Shown here: positions 13,469 to 26,382 of the stretch, piece after piece
How the letters are laid out: each line of letters begins with the position of its first letter
How positions within the stretch are numbered: the first letter of the stretch is position 1
DNA from: Eledone cirrhosa
Taxonomy: Eukaryota
Direction of reading: 5' to 3'
Length of the DNA stretch: 64,000 nucleotides
NCBI GenBank assembly: GCA_964016885.1
Contig: OZ024740.1
Coordinates: forward strand, 340,318,001 to 340,382,000
Translations under genes and position numbers: made by a program
Notes under the pieces: model-generated
Told to the model about the DNA's origin: nothing
The model's database searches: none
Seen by the model: the letters and a program-made list of their open reading frames with translations, nothing else

Positions 13469-15789
13469 ACTATCTTATTCATGAAATAGTAATTATTTTA
13501 GTAAATACCCCATCAATTAATTGAAATACAGAAATTTAGTCAGAAAAGGGTTAAGAGTTGTAATATCAGTAACATGATTTGAACTCCTAATCTCTATGTC
13601 CAACACAAGAATTCATCTCTGAATAATATAATATTAAGACGTGAGGTATATCCTCTGGGAAAGGTTGCCAGATATAATGCTTGTAGTTTAGTAAACAAAA
13701 GCAATTAAAATTAAGTGTTCTAACCACTTGGTATCATTAAGCCCATTTCATTTTAATAAATTAGTCCAAAACAACCACTGGTGCCATTATCAAACTAGCC
13801 AGTATTATTGGTAAAGTATATTTGCTACTAAGTCTGTAAAATATTTGACATTTGTATATGTCTGTACTTCACTAATAATCATTAATAGAAACAGTGATTC
13901 GTCATCGACTTTATATGTCTTCTATGCTAACATTGGTTGGAGGAATACTTTTTGAGGCAGTTTTCTACAGCCAAATGCTCTTCCTGACAACAACCTTTAC
14001 ATTTGATTTTAAAGTAAGGTGTTGATCTTCATACATTAAACAACTGAATCTCAAGACATTTATTTATGAAGGACATATACAAATATTACCAGTTGCATAT
14101 TAGTAGAGCCAAAACACAGACACGTGTGTGTGCACGCATGCATGTGCGCACGGGTATGCATAAAACAAGCTTTGCTTAGTTTCCATCAACTAAATTCTTT
14201 CGCAGAGCACAGGTCAGCCCAAGGCTTTAGGAGAATACACTTGGACACAGATTGAACATAAAACCACATGGTTGCAAGGTGAACTTCTTAACCACACAGC
14301 TATTCCTAGAATACAACAAATTTCATGCTGTATTCTGAGCATCCTAAAATCTAGGTCTTTACATCTACTTAAACACCCAGAGGATTTAAACAAGGAAAGT
14401 TTAGTGTTAGACATTCTCCAAAGATCCAATTATAGATGGATCTCATCTCTATTCCTATAATTTCAGTACCAGATTGTATTTTGGCAGTGAATTGGCAGAC
14501 CTGTAAATACTGGTCAAAAGGCCTTGCAGTATTTGTTCCAGCACTTCAAATTTTACAGAGATCAATTTTGCCTTTCATCTATTTGAGGTTGATAAAATAA
14601 AGTACCAGCTCAAGGCAGTGTGTTGGCAGAATCGTTAGAGAATCATGTATTTGTTCTGGCTCTCTTGCAATGAGTTCAAATCCTGCTGTGACCTACTTGA
14701 ATAGAAGATTAATCCATCATCTAGTTTAACACCACCACCTGGCTCTTGGTTGCCTTTAGCAAAGTCCACTGTGTTGCAAGCATTCAAACCAGGTCTCTGA
14801 TTTGAGAATTCCTTTTTCCCTCCCTCTCACCAATCTCAGATGCCCTGGAAAGGGTCATGAGTACTTCCTTTCCTTCTCTCTATTTTTAATCAATGAAAAA
14901 ACAATCCATTAATATAACTAATGTTAGGAAGACCCATTTTTAATGCCAAATATCTAATGGTTTCACTTCATAACGCATGGAACATTCAACATGATTTTCG
15001 ACCAATCAGATGGCAAATTATTATTTCACTCTTTCGTTACCATATTTCCAAAAGACTGCATATAATTTTCAAATACATTTAATTTTCAAATACATTTGAA
15101 AATAACCAAGAATTTGGAGAGATTTAATAATACAACATACTTTCTCTGTTGTAGTTTGGAACATAAGTTAAAGGTTCTGACATAAAATTATGATGGAATG
15201 TGTTTGGATGAATATGAAGTTTAAAATAAACAGTTTTGTATTGTAGAGCCTGGGATAGTTTCAGGCAGTTTGGTAGCAAAAAGGTTAAACAGCAACATTC
15301 TAGGGGTGGGAGAGAAGCTGATAATTCTGTTAATAAAACAGTTAGGTATGAAACATTTTATGATTTGTTTCATGAGAGAGAATAGCTAGAGACACCAGAG
15401 AGACATACTAACATAAATTAGTAATAAACCTCCATCATCTACATAAATGTTTCAAAGGCCAATATTTATTGTGTGGTTTCTGTGACATTTTAGATTCATT
15501 CTGGATCACAAAGTCATTCACTGATTGTTTCCACAACAGATTTCACTGTGTTCTCTTGATAAGAAACAGAAATCAAGAAATGAAGACCAACTAATCAATT
15601 CATGTAAAGTGCAAAAGAATTCTACATAAACTGCCGCTGTTGTTGTTGTTAGGTAGCAAAAACAACACACACACACACACCATTACAATATTGTCTTTAA
15701 ATGTCACAATAAATACAGCTTTTCACTAAACTATTACATTGCTTTGACTTCAAACGATGTATTTTGGGTATGTGAACATGTATATGGGG

Positions 15790-15990
<201 letters not shown>

Positions 15991-16997
15991 TGCATATATA
16001 TGTGTGTGTGCATGTATGAGGCCATTTTTACATATGTGAGTATCTGTGTGCACATGTGTGTATGTGTCTGCACATAGACAGAATGAAAGATCACACATTC
16101 CCTGCTATTCTGAATAGAGAACATATAATAGTGACGAGGAGGAGGAAATTATATTAAAGAAAAGAAAGCAAAGGCACAGTTGTACAACTTAATTTTTAAC
16201 CTTAACAGTCAACACTTAATGACAAGTAATTAAATGTCCCTTAACCTGCCTTTATACTATTAATGACCAACCAATGACCCAGTCATACTAAAAGGTCATA
16301 TATCTATATCACATATCACACACACACGTATGTGCACATGCATACACGCACACAACTCAACTCCTTTCTCAAGATATTGCCAAACATCACTGCATTTAAT
16401 TTTTCAGGAGTCCAATTACACACCTAACAATTCATATAGAACAGCTCAGGCAGTGCCAAACTTAAGCCAATTGGGGGGGTCCCATGCTACAATAATCTAA
16501 TGAACAGAAAGAGTGAAAATTCTGGCTAGATATGGCCAGTTTAAATGCTAAAGGGTTAAGTGTTAATTGTGCTAGTCTATCTGCTGGTAATGAGTTCAAT
16601 CCCTTAGTTAATGTATAAATATATATATATATATATAATCTAGTTTAAGTGATATAAGCAGGCAACATCACAGTAACTAATTAATACTATAATATTAGCC
16701 ACAAATATGACTGTGTGGTTAAAGTGTGTGCTTTGTAACCACATAGTTTTAGGTTCAGTACCACTGTGGGACTTTTGGGGAAATTTCTATAGTCCCAAGT
16801 TAACTAATGCCATGTGAGTGAAATTTGGTAGATGGAAACTGTATGTATGAGTGTGAGTGCATGTACATGAATATGTCTGTAATCAATGTAAAAGTTTGGA
16901 AAACACTGAGTTAAAGGATGCATAGAATGTAAGGATATTATAAAGACAACAGTAGAATGGAAATGAAACATTTTTTCTATCATTATATTCTGTTAGA

Positions 16998-17188
16998 AGG
17001 GCAGTGAATTGGCAGTACCGGTAGAGGGTTGGGCGCCATGCTTTCTAGCATAGTTACGTCCCTTTACAGTCTGAGTTCAAATCCCGCCGAGGTTAACTTT
17101 GCCTTTCATCATTACGGAGTCGACAAAATAAAGTACCAGTAATGTACTGTACTGGGTAATTGCTGGCCTTGTGCCTAAAGTAGAAAAT
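16998..17188 (+). mobile_element. Second tRNA-related SINE family
   Basis: GGCAGTGAATTGGCAG...GAGTTCAAATCCCGCCGAGGTTAACTTTGCCTTTCATC...AATAAAGTACCAG, flanked by the direct repeat ATTATATTCTGTTAGA (16982-16997 and about 17187-17202) as a probable TSD. Relatives at about 8285-8420, 14482-14610, 19850-20450 (-), 61020-61210 (-) and 61880-62040 (-). Confidence 0.8.
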
Positions 17189-17589
17189 TATATTCTGTTA
17201 GATGTTTGACAATGGCTAGATATCTACAAAACTACATGTCACTCACCAGAAGGAAGTTGACAGTCTCCTTTCTATTCTAACACAGCCTTGAGCCAATGAG
17301 GGAGCCTCTACATCAGTGGTTCCCAGCCTATTCACTAACAAGAATTCCTTTTATTTAAATAAATTTTCCCACAGACTCCACCCTGCTACAATTAATATCC
17401 TCCCAGATTGTTATATGATGAAAATAATTAAAAGTTATGGTGTGATAATTTCTGTCATGACCCACATTCAAAGTAAGACCCAAATTTAGTATTACAGGCT
17501 AACAAAACATCTGTTAAACTTTATAACAGTGATCAATATAGTGAGGTGGACACATAGACACTACAAGTAATGAGATATGAACCATAAAT

Positions 17590-17926
17590 GGAGGCACATG
17601 GCTTAGTGGTTAGAGCATTGGCCTTGCAATCGAAAGGTTGTGAGTTCAATTCTCAGACCGGGTGATGTGTTGTTTCCTTGAGCAAGACACTTTATTTCAC
17701 ATTGCTCCAGTTTACTCAGCTGTAGAAATGAGATGATAGGGACTGGGGTCCCTATCATTCCACTGCAAAGTGGTCGTGGAGGTGCCACGACAAAAAAGCA
17801 CCCAGCACTCACTGTAAATGAGGTTGGTGTTAGGAAGGGCATCCAGCTGTAGAAATCAAGCCAGAATCAGTTCCTGTCCCACCCTTGCAAGCAGGGAAAA
17901 AGTGGACGTAAAATGAAATGATGATG
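17590..17926 (+). mobile_element. Young tRNA-derived SINE with an RTE-derived tail
   Basis: TGGCTTAGTGG A-box and GAGTTCAATTC B-box. The 3' end CCCACCCTTGCAAGCAGGGAAAA..GGACGTAAAATGA(TGA)n matches the RTE-A terminus. Near-identical copies at 37816, 41538 and 51954. Confidence 0.92.
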
Positions 17927-19089
17927 AAACTCTTCTGACAGTAGCTTGACGCTCTATCAACTATGCCAACTACAACTCTCCATATACAGAAATACATGAA
18001 AATAGAAAGATAGGCATACATATTATTGTTATCAATTTTATGTCTACATATCAATACTGGTATGGGTTGGACGAGACATTTTAAGCAGATTTTTTTTTAT
18101 GGCTAGATTCCCTTCCTGATGCCAATTCATACTTTATTTTTAAGTATGGTCTATATCAGTCATTTTAATCAAAGTGGTTAGCTGCAGGACATATATAAAC
18201 ATCACCATATAGTTTAAACTGTGTTAATATGAAACAAACACACACAAATTTGCAATAAGTTTCCTCAGTTTTCATCAACCAAATTCACTCACAATGTCTT
18301 TTCCCTTAGAAAACACTTGCCTAGGTATCATACAGTAGGATCAACTTCAAAACCACATAGTTGTAAAACAAACCTCTTGATATAGTTATGCCTGCGACAC
18401 ATAGAAAGAAATATAAACAGTCACACAGAACCTGGAAAAATGTTAGATCTTTCTTTATCTTTCTACATCCCTCTTCTTAATATCTAACTTCTTCCTTGTA
18501 TAAATATTATCTCTAGTTCAATTAAAAAGATATTTTTAAATGACATGAAGCAACAAGACTGAAAACAAGCCACAATAATGATGAACTTTCAGTTTAGTAT
18601 GTATGTGACCTTGTGACCTCAGACAAAGAGAAATGGATCTAGGTCTATGGCATGGCAGTGTTTCTCAAAACAAGTTCCAAGGAACCCCAGGTCTCCACAA
18701 AAAAACACTGAGGCTCCACGAGATAAGATATCTTTTAATAAAATTTAATAAAACATCATGTCTAGCTTTTTTTATAAAAATTGAGTGAGAATTGTTCAGA
18801 AAATATAGTTAGGGATTCCATGATTTTTTGAAAATCATATAAGAGTTTCAAAACAAAATAAGTTTGCAAACAACTTGATCTTGATAGAAATAGTAGCCAA
18901 ATCTGATTCAAATCCCACCCCACTTTCTAAATATGAGGAAGAGACACATACCCAGTATAATGTATGATGCACATTACAGCTTAACTCTTTTGATACCAAC
19001 CTGCCTGAGACTGCCTCTGGTACTATCATACAAACATTTTAAAGTGTTCATATCTAAATTAAAACTTTCCATCAAAATTTAAAAATACT

Positions 19090-19305
19090 TCACCACTGGG
19101 TAAAGAAGTGCCAAGTAATCCCAGTGGAAAGAAGACCACGGAAAACATCAGCGGAGGTGGAGAGAGCTGACCTCAGATTGCTGAAGCTCACAGAGGAGAT
19201 GATGAAGGACTGTGACAAATGGAGAGATGCTGTGCTAAAGTGGACCCATCCCACCCTTGCAAGCTGGGAAAGCGGACGTGTGATGATGATGATGATGATG
19301 ATGAT
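19090..19305 (+). mobile_element. RTE subfamily A 3' fragment inserted in a piggyBac-like MITE (18980-19525)
   Basis: WVKKCQ...RPRKT.AEV.R.DLRLLKLT...WRDAVL followed by a (GAT)n tail. The MITE ends TTAACTCTTTTGATACC and GAAGAGTTAA enclose it. Confidence 0.8.
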
Positions 19306-19849
19306 ACGAAGGAGTTATTTTTAGTCTTTCAAAAAAAACAGAAAAACTTAACTTCGTTTCAAATTTATTTATTTCATGGCATCAAAATGTTCATAGTATT
19401 GTTTACAAGTTGGTTTTTTCTTTTGTTAAGATATGTTCCAAACATCCAAATTCTTCATTAATTTACAAATTACTCAAAACACATGGGAAATGTATTTCAT
19501 TAAAAACATGGTCTCAGAAGAGTTAAACAAATACTTAAGATCATGTGTCTGTCCAATCTGAGCTGACCCAGGGCTAAACAACAATATGGAGCAACATACT
19601 TAAAATATAAATATTATTTAGACACCTTGGAGACATCTGTTCTTATAACTTCAGCTTGCTTAAGTATACAAACATTAGTTAGCTTCAACACACACACACA
19701 CAGCTGCTTTAAACTCCATATAGCCAGAATAATATATTCAGTGTGTCTTCTTCCTCTTACTATAAATTCTATTATATATTCTGGGAACAGCTGTCATCAT
19801 GCATTGAACTGAGGATACAAATATAGTACAACTATAATTAGATGAATAA

Positions 19850-20450
19850 TAATAATGGTTTCTCATTTAGGCACAAGCCCAACAATTTGGGGGAAATTAA
19901 ATCAACCCCAGTGTGTTACTGGTACTTTATTTTATTGACCCCAGCCAAAGCTAATCTAGGCAGGAATTGAATTCAGAATGCAAAAGAATGTAACTATCTC
20001 TACCGATACTGCCAATCCCTTTATAATAATTGCTTCTACTTTTGTCACAAGGCCAGCAATTTGAAGGGAAGGGGAAGGTCGATTACATCAACTCCAATGC
20101 GTTACTGGTACTCATTTTATTGACCCCATAAGGATGAAGGCAAAGCTAACTTCAATGGGATTTTAACTCAGAATGTAAACGGTTGAAGATAACTCAGCAG
20201 GATTTGATAACTCAGAATGTAAAGGGCTGTAACTATATGCTGCACAAGGTCAACTATTCTGGGGAAGGGGGAGGTTGATTAAATCAACCCATGTGTTACT
20301 GGTACTTTATTTTAACAAACCCGTAAGGATGAAAGGCAAAGCTATCCTCAGCAGGACTTGAACTCAGAATGTAAAGGGAATGTAACTATATGCTGCAAAG
20401 CATGTTGTCCGATGCTCTACCAAATGGTTTCTGATTTAGGCTCAAGGCCA
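19850..20450 (-). mobile_element. Three tandem partial copies of the second SINE family
   Basis: The block GTTACTGGTACT(T/C)ATTTTATTGACCCC...AAAGCTAA...AACTCAGAATGTAAA recurs at about 19915, 20101 and 20295. Confidence 0.7.
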
Positions 20451-21266
20451 AAACACTAGTGTGCTGGACTGCATCCAAAACAAAGACGACTGACTAATTG
20501 GGAAGGAGTAACTCTCCAACACTCTTCAATCTCTCTTGCCTATAGTTGTGCTGTCTTCTCAGTGCCACTTTTACTACAACAGTCTCTACCCCTCAGAGCT
20601 AACTAGTTACATACCACCAACACAGAAACTAACAGGCAGCAATTATTTATAACAACAATTGCTAGGTCTCACTATCACAGAGCAAAAGCTACATCCACAA
20701 AACTAGTCTCTTCTGAGTCAGAAAATATGTCAGCTATGAATAATTACTGACTTTTTACAAAACAACCTTGTATAATGGAATGGTGTTCCCAATCTGGAAA
20801 GGTACTACAGTTACATGCAGAAATGTGCTGGACTGAACCAAAAGAAAGCTATCCTACCTCTAGCCTACAGTTGTGCTGTCTTTTCACTGCTATTTCTAGA
20901 CATTACTACAATAATCTCTGCCCCTCCAAGCTAACTATTTACATACCACCTCTAAGTTTATCTAGCTCTCTTCCTCATGTCCTTCTAATCTGTCTACCCC
21001 TAACCTACCCCCAACCCCCACACACAGGTCCTGCCCTAATCTGTATGCCTGATTCTTCCTCTCCAGAATGTCAACCATCAGGAATTCCTTTAACACCTAT
21101 ATATCCTGGACACATATATATAACTGGACAAAGCCTGTGAAGGTCATGAACACTACCTCAGGATCGATGGTTTGCACTCCCTCTATTCATTTCTCAATTT
21201 TCTCTCATGATAAAGTTAATGTTAAGGTGCCACCACTGTCTCATCATGTCTTTTTAACATCTGGTG

Positions 21267-21570
21267 AAGGCACATAGCTTGAACGTTGGGTTCACAACCT
21301 TCCGGTTGTGAGATACACGGACTGAGCTGTGTGTTGTGTTCCTGAGAAAGATACTTTATTTTACGCTGCACCAGTTCACTCACCTGGGGAAATGAGTTGT
21401 GATATCACTGGTGCGAAGCTGTATTGGCCTTTCCCTTGGACAACATCAGTGACATGGATAGGGGAGACAAGCATGCATGGGAAACTGCTGGTCTTCCACA
21501 AAAACACCTTGCCTGGGCTTGTGCCTCAGAGGGGAACTTTCTAGATGCAAAACCCTTGACTATTTGTGAC
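21267..21570 (+). mobile_element. tRNA-derived SINE with a third tail type
   Basis: Degenerate head and core (CCTGAGAAAGATACTTTATTT). The tail GGTCTTCCACAAAAACACCTTGCCTGGGCTTGTGCCTCAGAGGGGAACTTTCTAG is also seen at about 60040-60150. Confidence 0.6.
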
Positions 21571-21694
21571 CAGGGGGGGGGGGGGGGGGGTATTTACCCA
21601 TTCTTTTTTTTACCCTCTAATATATATATGTACATTGCTCTTTATTTCAGAGCAACCTATTTTTTAATGAGACAACAAATGGTTTCTATATCCA

Positions 21695-22166
21695 AACAAA
21701 AGGCTGGGCTGTATCATGCCTGCATGTGATGTGTGATGTTGCATGATAGTGAAACATGAGCAGTGAATGCAGAAGATACAAGAAGGCTGGAGATAAATGA
21801 AACAAGTTTGCTTCGTTTGTGCAATATTAATAAGTGTGAATGACGAAGTATGGATGAGCTAAGAAAAACTGGGTATAAGAGGAATCAAATGTAGTGTGTA
21901 GAAGAGAAGGCTGCGCTGGTATGAACATGTGATGTGTATGGATGATGACCGTTAGATGAATAAGTGCCAAGAAATCAGTGGAAGGAAGCTGCAGTAGCGG
22001 AAGGCAAAGGCAGACCTGGGTAGAGGTAGTAAGACTTGATCTCAAATCAGTGAAGTTCACAGAGGAAACAACAAAGGACCACGAGTGGAGAGATACCGTG
22101 TTAAAAAAGACCCATCCAACTCATGCAAGCATGAGAAGCAGATGTAAAGTGGTGATGATGATGATG
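21695..22166 (+). mobile_element. Decayed RTE subfamily A 3' portion
   Basis: LYHAC...MLHDSET*A...RRLRWYEHVM...QTWVEVVR.DL, ending in (GAT)n. Confidence 0.8.
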
Positions 22167-22559
22167 GACGGGAATAAGGACACACACTTTGAAAAAGATT
22201 CATAACTCTTGGTCTATAAAAACACCAGAAAGTAATAAATTTTCAGCTTCAAGTCTTGAATAGAAACTCGAATCTAACAGGATGTTTTCATATTTTTATA
22301 AATAGCTCACAACTACGCTATGTTTACTTTGTCAATTGTACCAATATGTCATCTACTTCAGCTTACGTTAATATTTCATCAGAAAGCCAAGAACTGTCAG
22401 TAGGATATGATGTCTCATTAATTCTTATAAATCAATAGAGTTAAGGAGATTTTAGATCAGACTTTCTAAGAAATACTAAAGATAATCATTTTTATTGAAT
22501 ATTAATTAAAGACTTGCATAACAGCGTACAAGAGAAGAAAGATTGAGAAGGATCTGGTC

Positions 22560-22760
22560 TGTTTGTCAAAATTGCATCACAAACAGGATACATCTTTCAA
22601 AGCTAGGAAAATTTCAGTCCTGATCACTTTTTAAACCTTTACAAAGCCTGGGTAAGACTCACACTAGAGTACTGCTTCCATTTTGGGGAAGGGTTGTCAC
22701 TCACTACATACATAGAGATTTTCAAGAGCATATCCAAAATAAGGTCTTCTAAGTAATTGA
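22560..22760 (+). mobile_element. Decayed CR1/L2-like LINE C-terminal fragment
   Basis: FSPDHFLNLYKAWVRLTLEYCFHFWG...IQNK matches the LY.A.VRP.LEYC...W motif. Confidence 0.6.
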
Positions 22761-22771
22761 GAAATATTTAC

Positions 22772-22929
22772 TCAGTATAACACGGCAACATCTTGCTCAT
22801 AGATGCAAATCCGTCTCCCCAAAAGGCTATCCGCCTTGAATTCCTTCCTATCCAATATTTTCCCACGGCTACTAGCCAACAAATGTTTAAGCTGAATATC
22901 CAGTGCCAATCTCCCCAGTCTAAAAGAAC
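22772..22929 (-). CDS. Candidate upstream exon of the ATP9-like gene (possible start MSKMLPCYTE at 22800)
   Basis: TTTTTCAG acceptor and a weak GA|GTAAAT donor in phase 2, compatible with the 3827-4000 exon. Open frame and locally raised CpG content. Confidence 0.3.
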
Positions 22930-23104
22930 CTGAAAAAGTCATGAGCACTGCCCCTCCTCCTACGGTACAGCTATGTCAGCTGTTTAAGATTGTTTTAATG
23001 GCTTGTCGTAAATAGCGAAAACAGTGTTACATTGATAACATTTAACACTGGAGATAGATCTAACCATGATATATAGAGTTATTGTTAGATCTAACCATGA
23101 CAAA

Positions 23105-24470
23105 GAGTGTAGGTTTAAAGATATCATGATGACAGTGTAGGTTTGAAGATATCATCATGACAGTGTAGGTCTGAAGATATCATCATGACAGTGTCGGTCT
23201 GAAGATGATATCATGACAGTGTAGGTCTGAAGATGATATCATGACAGTGTAGGTCTGAAGATATCATCATGACAGTGTAGGTCTGAAGATATCATCATGA
23301 CAGTGTAGGTCTGAAGATATCATCATGACGGTGTAGGTCTGAAGATATCATCATGACGGTGTAGGTCTGAAGATATCATCATGACGGTGTAGGTTTGAAG
23401 ATATCATCATGACGGTGTAGGTTTGAAGATATCATGATGACGGTGTAGGTTTGAAGATATGATGACGGTGTAGGTTTGAAGATATCATCATGATGGTGTA
23501 GGTTTAAAGATATCATGATGACGGTGTAGGTTTAAAGATATTATCATGACAGTGTAGTTTTAAAGATACCATGATGACAGTGTAGGTTTAAAGATACCAT
23601 GATGACAGTGTAGGTTTAAAGATATCATCATGACGGTGTAAGTTTAAAGATATGATGACGGTGTAAGTTTAAAGATATGATGACGGTGTAAGTTTAAAGA
23701 TATGATGACGGTGTAGGTTTAAAGATATCATGATGACGATGTCGGTTTAAAGATATCATCATGACAGTGTAGGTTTGAAGATATCATCATGACAGTGTAG
23801 GTTTGAAGATATCATCATGACAGTGTAGGTTTGAAGATATCATCATGACAGTGTAGGTTTGAAGATATCATGACAGTAGGTTTAAAGATATCATCATGAC
23901 AGTGTAGGTTTAAAGATATCATCATGACGGTGTAAGTTTAAAGATATGATGACAGTGTAGGTTTAAAGATATCATCATGACAGTGTAGGTTTAAATATAT
24001 CATCATGACAGTGTAGGTTTAAAGATATCATCATGACAGTGTAGGTTTAAAGATATCATCATGACAGTGTAGGTTTAAAGATATCATCATGACAATGTAG
24101 GTTTAAATATATCATCATGACAATGTAGGTTTAAAGATATCATCATGACAGTGTAGGTTTAAAGATATCATCATGACAGTGTAGGTTTAAAGATATCATC
24201 ATGACAGTGTAGGTTTAAAGATATCACCATGACAGTGTAGGTTTAAATATATCATCATGACAGTGTAGGTTTAAATATATCATCATGACAGTGTAGGTTT
24301 AAAGATATCATCATGACAGTGTAGGTTTAAATATATCATTGTAACAGTGTACGTTTAAATATATCATTGTAACAGTGTAGGTTTAAAGATATCATCGTAA
24401 AAGTGTAGGTTTAAAGATATCATGATGACACACACTGTAGGTTTTAAAATATCATTGTGACAAAGTGTTG
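23105..24470. repeat. 28-bp minisatellite (GACAGTGTAGGTTTAAAGATATCATCAT)n, roughly 48 units, with 25-bp variants
   Basis: Period of 28 measured directly (GTAGG at 24181 and 24209). No unique spacers. Confidence 0.97.
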
Positions 24471-26077
24471 GTTTAAAGATTTAAGCAGGACACAGTATAG
24501 GTTTAAAGATCTAACCATACACAGTGTGAGGTTTAAAAATAGGAAGACATTGAGAACTGATACACTTGGGTGAGTGGGGAAATAAATGTGATATTGTGCC
24601 AATAATACATGAATAGTGAAGGCAGATAATCGAGAGTGACAGGTGAAATTGGTATGGTACATGTCAGATGGAACATGGAGTAGAACAGTGAAACATGGAC
24701 AGATATGATAGCAGTGTAACTAGAGAAATACTTGGTAGATATGGTACATGTAGGGGTACAACAGTAACATGAACAATTATGGTAGAAGTAGTGTAAATGG
24801 AAAATGGAATGGAACTCTGTTAATTTCGACAATGAATGTTCCAGTTATTTAATTAATGGGACAGCCTGCTCATGAGATTAACATGTAAATGGTTAAGCAT
24901 TCCACAGACACTTGTACTCTTATACAATTCTCAAGAAGATTCAGCACAGCCAATCCAATGGGCTTCCAAACAATTTCATTCACAAGGCTTGGCTCGACCT
25001 GAAGCCATCATAAATGACACCCATGGTGCCATGCAGTGGGATCAAACCCAGGCCTTATAATTATGAAGCAAACTTCTTGATCATTCAACCATGCTGCATC
25101 CATTGTGTTGTACATGTGGAAATACATGTAAATATATGGTACATGTGTCAAAGAGAATGAAGACATGCAAGCCAAGTAATTAGGGTGTTAGTCTCACAAT
25201 CATAAGGTTGTGGACTCAATCCCCAATGAATGAAATTTGGTAGATGGAAACTGTGTAGAAGCCCATCGTATGTTTGTGTATGTGTACGTTTACTGTTTGT
25301 TTGTCTCATAACTAAACAGCTCGACAAAAAGACATTGATGTTCTAGCAGAGAAACACTAGAAAATACTAGAGTCAATACAATTGACTCAATCCCATGAAC
25401 ACTGCCACAGTATGGCCACAGTCTAATGGCTAAATCCAATAATAAAAAAATAAAAGCATGTTATCATGTACTAACAAGCTGTCAAAAACGCCTTTGGGCT
25501 ACAGGCTTGAATCAAAGTAATTGTAGAAGCAAATGAAAAGGATTTTGGTGTAGATGACGTAAATTAATTTTTAGTCAATGACTGAGTCAGAATGCAATAG
25601 ATTAAACAAACTTGGTATTGAGTATTATAGCACATCCGATTCTTGATACATAGTAAGTAACATCACAAATATATTTCACAACTGAATGTATTTATAGTTA
25701 AGTTAAAGATAACATTTAATGCAAGGGGCATGAAAAGGCTCCCTCTATCTATCTCTGTGAAAGCTAAGTAGAGAAAGAGGGAAGGAAGGAGAGAGAGAGA
25801 ATATATAAGTTGCATATTGTCCAAATCATTATCATCATGGATGGGACATTCACATTAAAACGATGATTAAAATAAATCTGTAGGAGAGAGTGAGAGAATA
25901 TATCTGTTGTATAACTATGTGTGTCTGCATATATATGTATTTATTTTATTAGAGAAAGTAGTCAATAAGAATAAAAGTTAGAAAGAAAAAAATATGCGCA
26001 CTGTCACAGTCATACACTGTAACAGGAAATGCTGCTTGTTGTGGCACGGATGTAAATGAGTGTTTTTATTGGACCTC

Positions 26078-26382
26078 CGTCAATTTCGACGACGGGTGTC
26101 CAAGTTGATCGAACAACGAAACAGCCTGCTCGTGAAATTAAAATGCGAGTGACTGAGCATTCCATAGGCACGTGCACACTTAACGTAGTTATCGGGGAGA
26201 TTCAGCCAGCGTGACACAATGTACAAAGCTGAATTACGGGTACAACTCAATATTTTTCCAGGTGAATTGACTGGAGCAACGTAAAATAGTTTCTTGCTCA
26301 AGAATACAAAGCGCCGCTGGGAATCAAACCCGCAGTTTTACGATTGTGAACCGAACACACTAACCACTAAGCTACACGCCTT
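26078..26382 (-). mobile_element. tRNA-derived SINE with a fourth tail type
   Basis: Reverse complement reads AGGCGTGTAGCTTAGTGGTTAGTGTG...GGGTTTGATTCCC...TTCTTGAGCAAGAAAC...TTGCTCCAGTCAATTCACCTG. Part of the tail recurs at about 24825-24950. Confidence 0.8.

Noticed and set aside
17590-17665. tRNA gene
   Set aside because: A and B boxes are present, but the sequence continues into a multi-copy SINE body with no convincing cloverleaf or terminator.
22370-22385. Other CTGATGA/CTGAAGA matches as hammerheads (also near 8590-8615, 27013 and 59936)
   Set aside because: No stem II followed by a GAAA box with stem I pairing was found around these heptamers.
23105-24470. CRISPR-like array of 28-bp repeats
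   Set aside because: The units are head-to-tail with no unique spacers, there are no cas genes, and the context is eukaryotic.
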